Below are positions 54,121 through 63,200 of a DNA stretch of 64,000 nt, piece after piece (positions within the stretch are counted from its first letter, which is position 1; the number at the start of each line of letters is the position of its first letter). Source of the DNA: Tubulanus polymorphus (lineage: Eukaryota; Animalia; Nemertea); the NCBI RefSeq assembly GCF_964204645.1, contig NC_134031.1, forward strand, positions 14,371,807-14,435,806, read 5' to 3'. The position numbers and the translations under genes are program-made. Below the pieces are notes generated by a model that was given only the letters and a program-made list of their open reading frames with translations, made no database searches and had not been told where the DNA came from.

Positions 54121-55092
54121 AGTGACGAAACTTATAACACTACATGTTAAACGTCGCAAGAAGTAAGAACTAAGCGTGAACAATTGAACTAAGCTGACGA
54201 GTGAAATGGCGAATTTGCCCTGTGTGGCCTCAATGCTAATGTCCACATATGGTCAAGTGCGGGAAAACACCCTGTCGTCATTAACGGATTATGATTGACA
54301 AACATTGCGGTTATTCTATGCTGACTATACGTGTGTTTGTGCTGTGTGCGCGCATACTGTGCACAGGGAATTGAATACTGACCAGTAACAGGTATAGCGT
54401 TTACGACTATAGTAGTGAAATATATGAATTTATTATTTCAGTGACTATGTAAGTAGTAATGAAGTCTCATGTTGTCTCGTTTTAATTTCAATTTATTTCT
54501 CATGATAATACTAACAATAATAGTATAGACCGCAGCGTTTCAGTGTGGTTTGAAATTGGGCAGCAAAAATACATTTCAAATCATAGAAATGTTAAATGTT
54601 TAAAAGGAACATTTTTAATGATAGTTATATAATATTTATTCGTCAAAGTAATTAATACTTAACATTAACATTTTTAATGCTGTCTTCTATGTGTAAATTA
54701 TAGCAAAATCATCAATAAATCATATTACTCTAATTTGTAGATAATCTATGAACTCAAAAATTACTAACAGAGACTAATAGAAACTAAAAGACTAATAGGG
54801 GCCACTTCTGGTTTTAGTATAGATTTCAAACCATGATTTAACTCAACTCAAATCACAGCCAATTGAGATAATAAAACATCGGAAATCGACGTATTTTCAC
54901 TTATAAGTCAAACTCGATTAATAAGTAACTAGGACCACAATATGTCAAACTGTTTCAGTTACGTATATTCTAGATTATATTCTATACTCAATCGCGAGTC
55001 TCCCGTACCGGTATATTGAAACTCGCTTCGATTTGATATATTCAATTATTTATAACTCTTGTAAATCTATCTGTTTGATATCTAGATTTCCG

Positions 55093-55878
55093 ATGGAGCT
55101 GCAACCGACACCGGCGCCACACCCAGACAAACAGTGGCAAACTCCTACAGACCAACAAGTACCTTATCCTCAACAACCTCAACACTGGCAACAACAAACG
55201 CCTGGTTATCCTGGAGATTATGAAGGCCCTGGTGCAGTAGGGATGCAGCCCTATCCTGGAGGTCCAGGAGCAGCAGGGATGCAGCCATATCCCGGAGGCC
55301 CAGGAGCAGCAGGGATGCAGCCGAATCCCGGAGGCCCAGGAGCAGCAGGGATGCAGCCCTATCCCGGAGGTCCAGGAGCAGCAGGGATGCAGCTCTATCC
55401 CGGAGGCCCAGGAACTACAGGACAGCCCTATCCTGGAGCTGTCTATATGGTACAGCCCGCCATGACGCGACCGCATATGAAACTACCACGCGGTAAAGCG
55501 CATCGTGTGTTAGGACTGATTAATTTCACATTCGGTATCGTAGCTATGATAATGCAGATTGTATATCTGACTCAATATAAGAGTAACATGTACTACTCTG
55601 GTATATGGTGCGGAATATTGCTGATTATTACTGGTATTTTAGGTACTCAGATCATCAAGCGCAACAACCTCACGACCCCATGTATGGTATTTGCTATAAT
55701 TTCAGCTGTGGCCAGTTGTATAGCGATGGCTTTAACCGCCATGGTCGCTGTTGTTCTGACTATACTCAGTGGAGGCGCTTTATACGTGATGACCGTCATC
55801 TACGTATTCATATTCGTCGCTGCTTTAGTAACGACCATTGTGCAAGCATCTTTCTGCTGTAGTTGCTGTTTCGTGTGA
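55093..55878 (+). CDS. MS4A/CD20-like four-transmembrane protein with Pro/Gly/Gln-rich repetitive N-terminus
   Basis: ATG at 55093 follows a plausible acceptor (tctag ending 55085). Four hydrophobic segments: RVLGLINFTFGIVAM, YSGIWCGILLIITGILG (MS4A-type G-x-W-x-G), CMVFAIISAVAS and IFVAALVTTIVQASFCC. Cys cluster after TM4. Confidence 0.8.
   Translation: MELQPTPAPHPDKQWQTPTDQQVPYPQQPQHWQQQTPGYPGDYEGPGAVGMQPYPGGPGAAGMQPYPGGPGAAGMQPNPGGPGAAGMQPYPGGPGAAGMQLYPGGPGTTGQPYPGAVYMVQPAMTRPHMKLPRGKAHRVLGLINFTFGIVAMIMQIVYLTQYKSNMYYSGIWCGILLIITGILGTQIIKRNNLTTPCMVFAIISAVASCIAMALTAMVAVVLTILSGGALYVMTVIYVFIFVAALVTTIVQASFCCSCCFV
55225..55437 (+). repeat. 36-bp coding tandem repeat (GPGAAGMQPYPG), ~6 copies
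   Basis: In-frame repeat within the MS4A-like N-terminus. Confidence 0.92.
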
Positions 55879-55974
55879 GAAACCGGAAGCAGACAAAATC
55901 AAAGTTGTCGTTTTTAGTCGTGCAGGTGCGCGAGCAGAATCTCAACATTCATTGTGATTAATCAATTGATCAAC

Positions 55975-56515
55975 CTACTCTGATTGGCCTATTTACCGAG
56001 TCCCATATTTAGAACTCACTCTGATTGGCCTATATACCGAGTCCCATATGTAAAACCCGCTCTGATTGGCCTATTTACCGAATCACATCCACATGTAAAA
56101 CCTACTCTGATTGGCCTATATACCGAGTCCCATATATAAATCCCATTCTGATTGGCCTATTTACCGGGTCCCATATGTAGAACCCATTCTGATTGGCCTA
56201 TTTATCGAGTCCTATAATTAAAACCCACTCTCATTGGCCTATATACCGAAACCCATATGTAAATCCCACTCTGATTGGCCTATCTATCGAGTCCCATATG
56301 TAAAACCCACTTTAAAATGGCCTATTTACCGAGTCCTACATTCGAAACCCACTCTGATCGGCCTATCTACCGAGCCTTTGAATGTAACACACCTCTGGTT
56401 GGACAATTTTCACGTATGCATTACATCTGCATACAAATTCGAGTCATATATGTAAAACCCCATCTGATTGGTGTATAATTTGATTTCTATGTAAACTATA
56501 CACTGATTGGTCCAT
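55975..56515. repeat. 41-bp minisatellite carrying CTGATTGG (CCAAT box) in most units
   Basis: Unit actctgattggcctatttaccgagtcccatatgtaaaaccc; ATTGG at 55983, 56024, 56065, 56110, 56151, 56192, 56233, 56274 and two later copies. Confidence 0.92.
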
Positions 56516-57120
56516 GTATGATTGATTCTACGCCAATCGATCGATCTGAATGGCTCAAGTTAAACTATCGGATCGACCAATCGAAAACAAGCGTTTCATG
56601 TTAGATGTTAATAACCAATTTATTTATTCAAAAGTATAAGATATTGTTAATATTTTCAAAACATTTATCCGCCATTTTTTATTCGTTAAATGACGTGAAT
56701 CTCAATGAACGAATGCCTGGGTAAATATTTGTTTTTCCTCAATTCATTAATTCATTAATTTCCGACCTGCACAATTGGTTGAATTAATATAATCTGTTTC
56801 AGATATATCTTTATTGCTTTTATATCGTATTTGTTATTGGGTAAATACATATTGATATATGATTACTGTTGGAATAGGAAAAAATAGGAAAAAATCTCAT
56901 TCAATATTGTTAGCAATTTTATCATATTTTTAGAGTTATAGAATATATATGTCCTTCATGTTGTTTTAGTGCATGAACAAATTTTATTTAAATCACAGAA
57001 TGTGAAAACGTTTACAAAACTAGTGCTTTTTAAAGATCATCACCCGTTTCTTCCTTAGAATAAAATATGAAGAAAATCAAATGTTGAAAAAAAAAATGAA
57101 TTTCGTAAATGTTTAAACTT

Positions 57121-57263
57121 TCATCTTCGGTCGTTCCTGTTTTCCCGGCGACAGTGCCGGAAGTAGATTGATTTAGCCACGTTATGCAGAATCAAGTCAA
57201 CAATTTCAAACAGCGTGAAGATACTAGCGCCGAGTAATAAACCCATGTAACCACCGACTTCAC
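57121..57263 (-). CDS. DEG/ENaC last coding exon (TM2 and short C-tail)
   Basis: Acceptor ttttacag; reads (G)EVGGYMGLLLGASIFTLFEIVDLILHNVAKSIYFRHCRRENRNDRR then TGA at 57123-57121. Not in the ORF track. Confidence 0.92.
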
Positions 57264-60200
57264 CTGTAAAACAGTTACAGTAAAATTAAGCGATGGACTG
57301 CTTTGGCGATCTTAGGCCACGCTAAGAAATACCGAGGTTTTCATCAGCCCTTTTGGAAAAGTGACTAGGGCGGCAGGTTTTCTATTTTTACCACCATTTA
57401 AAAAAAGAAATAGAAATAAAAGCCTAATTCAAAATTCCAAAAGTGACGAGGGTGACGATTTTTCCATTTTTTAAATGGGGAAATTTAGGCGTTAACGACC
57501 TTGAATCGGGATGGAAAGCGCTTCGTTACCGAAATACACACCCGCTACGGTAACAATTGGGTAGCGACCATGAAGAAAAACATTAAAGTGTGATCAGGTT
57601 GTTCATCGGATGTGTGTGCGGGAGTGTTTTACAAAAACAAACAAACAAGATTTCTGCACGCTGGATGCGCTTTTCTATTTCTTATTTTTTACTGACGTAG
57701 TGTTTTGACGCGCGCGGAAAATGAAACTGATGAGAAACGAACGACGGTTTTTTGCGTGGCCTTTACACTGTTTAACGATACACAGTTGTTAATCTAAAAG
57801 TTAGTGCTGGGGTATCGTTAGCGTCTAATATTTAGTTTTCAGATCATTACGGACGAGTACATCATTTGAATGACGGGTTGATTCGTTTAACTTTTTTGAT
57901 TCATTAAAAAATCGGATAACAAACTGAAAATCGAATCGATGATATCATAGGGTGTTTTACTAGTGGCCACATTTACTGAATGGTTGCGTTTAGTTCTACT
58001 TACCGAGGAATGAAAACATTCCATAATCTGGGTATTGTTCGATTTTCCTGTAACTCAACTCTTTGAAATACATGTTCAATAAAATCATGTTATTCCTACG
58101 GAAAAGAAACAAACGATGGAAAATTAATTGACAACCAACGAAATAGGACTATGATTTTTGATATCCATGAATATTGATGACCCGTGTATGTCCTGATAGA
58201 CCTAATAATGGTGTCATCAGATTTCTTATTCCAGAATGAACAAGGCCTATAGGCCCGGACACACTGGGCGATTTGGTCGCCCGATTTCGTCGCCCGACGA
58301 AATCGCCGGTAAAATCGCCCAGTGTGTCCGGGCAATCGCCTTCGGCGATTTAGTCGGCCGACGAAATCGCCCGAATCCAACATGTTGGATTCTGTCGCCG
58401 GCGATTTCGTCGCCGGCGACAGAATCGCCCAGTGTGTCCGGGTACGGCGATCAGTCGCCTCGAGCGCCGTATTAACCAGCCAATCACCGCTCTTTGATTT
58501 ATTAAAGGTGGCGCTAGCAGCTGGTCGTTTCAAAATAAGCGGCGCTGTTCGCCGATTTCGTCGCCGACGAAATCGCCCAGTGTGTCCGGGCCTGTCGGCG
58601 ATCAAATCGGTCATAAAATCGGCGGCGATTTCGTCGGCCGATCTCGTCGGCCGACGAAATCGCCCAGTGTGTCCGCGGCTTAACACTGTAGTTAGATTGA
58701 TTATAGAACCTAAAGGAGCTTAGACCTAAGTTGTTAGATTGGTTAAACAATCAAAATAAGCTTCGACTTGTCTTATATTGTAACCATCAAGATGAGACTG
58801 AGTCGTAAGTATTTGGCTATAGAAATAGGCGATGGCCTTCACTGTGTCCAATATTGGGCCTTGAATCTTATTCTCTACCTTATAAACATATGTCTGTCAT
58901 ATCTATCTAAGTCGATTTCAAGAAGGAATTTTTGAATCGTATCTCGAAGATCGTATAAATGTAGTAACGTGTCACTGCGATAACCCTCTAATTGTTGATA
59001 GATCAAATCGAAGACGCTCTGCTCATAGTCGACCCTCTGCTCCCTGGACGACAGGTATTTCTCGCTGAATTGTACGACCAGATAATCGTCGAATAAGTCT
59101 CGCATGTACGCCCTGTCCGAGGTCATTCCAGTCCAGTTCATCGGCGTCGTCCAAAGCAATCTATATTTCTGGTAGATACCGTACTTGCCAACGTCATGTT
59201 GAAGATAGGTGGCGCTCTTTGTTGTCCCGTTGAACGGTGGGAATACTGTTGCGATGGCCAGCCGATAGATGGCAGCTACATCGTTGAGGATCGTCTCCGT
59301 TATTTGCTCCAGACGCTTATAATCGTTTTTGACGGTTGCTAGGAAACTCTTCACGCGACTCACGTCTTGTCCGATTGCTTTGAATATTTTAACGCGTACG
59401 TCGGTCGTCATGGATACATCGTCGAAAAATTCGTCTTGTAATTGCATCCATTTTTCCTTCAACTCAATAATGAAAGGGTCTAGTCGGGAGAGCTCGTTAT
59501 TACGGACGCCGGGCACGTTCCAGCTTACCGGACCCTTTCTGAAGATGGTTTCAGATGCGCTCAATTTAGCCGTTAGATTGCTGTGCGTTGATTTCACGTA
59601 TTCCCAATGGTCTATAAAGTACCCATAACCCGATTTAGCCATCGGAACCGCTTTTGTGCGAAATTCAAAATCCAGCTGCCTGAGTTTACTTGTGTCCAAA
59701 ATTCGCCTGCTACTGTCGGTAAAGTTCAAAGAGTTAACGAACAATGCCGTTTCGTTAAGCGAGCGCCGAAATTGATGACGTTGCGTTCTCTGCGGTTCCG
59801 CATTAGACATGACGTCACCGAATATCTCAGTCGTGTAATACGAATCTCCTGCCTCAATCGCTTTGGAGATTTCGTCAAACAAATCGTTCAAACCGGAAGT
59901 TAGATATTCAATATGGCCGTCCCCTCGTTCGGGTGTGTAGTTTTCGTAAGTGGCCACCAGCCTCGACATGATATCGGCTATGACCTTGGCATGATGTGAA
60001 ATTAAAGTCAAATTTTGGGCAAATTCGTTTTCTGTGATTCGTAAAACCTCATCGACGCACCGGCCGAACTGAACCCGACCCTGATCACCGCCGGTCAACC
60101 CGAGAATGGCCGTCTTCAGTTCCTTGTCGAATAAGTTTTGTTTGATTCGGACAAGGTCGTAGGATAGACTGTTCATTTTTCTACGCAAATCTTGCAACCT

Positions 60201-63200
60201 GCGAGCTTCGATACCTAGCCTTTGGTCAGTGAGCATTGTTTTCATTAAAGTTGCCTCCTTGTATTTGGGTAGGTATTGCCTGCCCAATTTTGCGGTACCT
60301 TTTTTATTAAATAAATCGAACACACTGTCTCCAATACTGGATTGTGACGTAGTTATGTCGTAGGTATGTTTTTTGCAGCTATCCGGGCATTTGCAGGCAG
60401 AATTTCTGACCACTTTGTAAAATTCACCTGGAAAAAAAGCAGGATCCAGTTCCCGAGTTGTGTATTAAGATTTAATTCTGGGCCCGGTTCAATAGTTGTG
60501 AGTAAGAATTGATTCTGAGAAAAGTTTGAAATTAATTTTCGACTCAAGAGTCAAACGTTAAACCTCTTTAAAACTGGAATTTTCAAAATACTAATTCTAG
60601 ACGCCAGATATATTTTTGAGTTAGCGAATTTCATGATTTTTACCTTTGGCTTTTTTAATGGCGAGAACTTTGTATCCGTCGCAGTCTGGCCGGTTAAATT
60701 CAGGCCACTCGGATTCGGGTCTTGTGTATTCGTTATTTATCAACGGTCGCGGGACGCAGTTGAATCTCTTCACGATGTAATTGATAAAACATTCTTCCAT
60801 GCATTTCCCGTGGGTGTAGTGTTTAAATAACGCCAGAGGGCGCTCCGAGCAGTTCCAATGCGGCGGAGGCAGGTTTATATTCTGAAAGAAGAATTGATAC
60901 GTACGCGAAATCCTCATTAACGTATTCAAAGGATACGCGATCCTGTCAATACACAACTTCGTTCATTAGAAAATGTGTTTATCAAACGGGATTCGAACCC
61001 ATGAACGTCAAGTCTTCAATAATTTGCATATTTAAGCTACCACCAATTCGTAGGTTCGAATCCCATTCAAAAGCACTTCATTCTAAAGCACTATGTGTAA
61101 GTATTTAATGTGTATATCGATTTTTGCAGTATTAAGAATGAAAACTTATCCGCATTTTGAAGGAACGACTATTCAGATTTTAGGGGTAACGTCAAGAAGT
61201 TTTTAGTCATGTACCAAAGAATACGTCCTCAATACAGTCTTCGAATACTAGTAGCGCACTGTTCATATCAATAAAGTATCTATTTTGCGAGTAGTTCGGG
61301 CTTGTTACAAGCTAGAATATAGGCTAGTCAATCAAATTGTATTTTCTCTGCAAAAAAAATGATTATTTGACAGTAATTCTACCTCGATAAGTTCTACAGC
61401 AAGAGAAGTCTCGGTTCCTGGAGTCACATGTGTCCCATATTCCGGTAGGGGGAGCTCACCTTGCTCATGCGCCATTATCTGAAATCATAATTATCGTTAC
61501 AAACACTGGGAGTGGTCTAATTAACTAAATACTTATGGTATCAATGAAAACACGTCTTTTAGCCGTAATCTTATATTATAATTACCGTTACAAACACTTT
61601 ATGTGATTTTAATCGACTAAATACTTATGGTTACCATGGAAATACGTCTTTATAGTCGTTATTTAAAATTGTAACTACCGTTACTAACACTGGGTGTGGT
61701 CTAATCAACTAAATACCCCGGTACTTATGGTAACAATGGAAATACGTCTTTTAGCCGATATCTTGCAATCATAATTACCGTTGCAAACACTGGGTGTGGT
61801 CTAATTCACTAAATACTAATGGCAACAATAAAAATGCATATTTTAGCCGATATTTGTAACTATAATTACTGTTACAAGCACTTGGTGTGGTCTAATCAAC
61901 TAAATACTGATGGCAAAAAAATGAAAATGCATCTTTTTGCCGTAATTTGTTATCATAATTACGGTTGCAAACACTGCGGTCTAATTAAATCTCAATACTA
62001 ATGGTCACAAGTAAAATGCATTATTCATAATTATTAGATTAGATTAGATTTCTAGCATACCCCTTCAGATCAAATAATAGTGTTTGCTATGAAACCGGAG
62101 CTGAGAGCTTGTTCAATTCAACAAATATGATTTTTGATTTACCACATTTTCACTCTCCCTATGGACTTAATGAAACTGGCATATCGTTAAACCTATTACG
62201 GTCTAGACTGATTAGCTATTAACTGATGCTATGAAGTGATACGTGACGGCATAACTAATAGAATATCATTATATAACGTAGTTCTGGAAGCTCAGTTATA
62301 GATATATTTTGCATGATTGGGCAAAGTACTCAAAGTTGATATAGACTATTGGGCCAAGTGGTTGAAATGAATACTTTTACCTAGGACTGACATTTTGAAT
62401 TTACCCTTTGAACGTATGTAAGTTCTGGAGCAATCCAACTTAGAATCAAATAGAATGTATCAAATAAATTTATTCACAAAAACAATCTCAGGTAAATTTA
62501 CGTACAATGAGTCCACTTGCACCTTCATAATTCCCGCTTATATATTCGTAGGATTCGACGTTCGCCACTATTCTCAAACCGGAATATAAACCTAAAACGA
62601 ATTAAAAAGGAAATCATGTTTTCCCATTTCTGTTCATATAAACTCGAAACAGTTCTACAGTTCTTATAACTGAAACATTTGCGGAACTGGATCCTGACAG
62701 AAAATGATAAATATTAGAGTCTCATTATGGTTGATGCCAATACCGGGTATCTCAAATTATAGCAAGACCACAACTGTTAATAGAAACATTCAATTTTAGC
62801 ATGCAGTTTTTTTCACATTAACACTTCACCATCAGATTTCAATCTTGTGTAAGTCATTAGTAAATCGTGTACTATGTTTATGTTTGTAAAAGTAGGTACC
62901 TTTTTCATAATAATAAAGAGATGAGTCAGAATTTCTTAAATGAAATCTATTCAAAATTAAGATTTCAATAGTTTTGCATTCCCACTATTTGATGTCTTAC
63001 AGGGGTCTCGTCGTAAAAAAAAGTCTCAAATTGTACGTATATATATATTTCAGTGACTGTGAAATTATTACCGGGTTGTGTCATGTCCAGGCTGCCGTTA
63101 TGCGAATTCACAAACGGTTTAAACGTATAACAGACGCCATAAGCAGAAGTTACAATTGGGTAAAAGTCATCGACATCGCACAGTTCGCCTTTCCATTTAC

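Noticed and set aside
55975-56515. CRISPR-like appearance of regularly spaced repeats (also 31.7, 12.3 and 61.5 kb)
   Set aside because: Spacers are homologous to each other, the context is eukaryotic and no cas genes are present.
57200-57263. Assignment to a named channel (ASIC1, FaNaC, ENaC subunit)
   Set aside because: The N-terminal half is outside the window and the motifs support family-level assignment only.
58096-58750. Arg-rich ORFs up to 196 aa
   Set aside because: GC-rich palindromic MITE inside a channel intron; no transposase motifs.
58875-60413. 512-aa ORF as a standalone gene or viral/TE insert
   Set aside because: No ATG start; begins and ends with DEG/ENaC motifs and has in-phase splice sites, so it is an internal exon.
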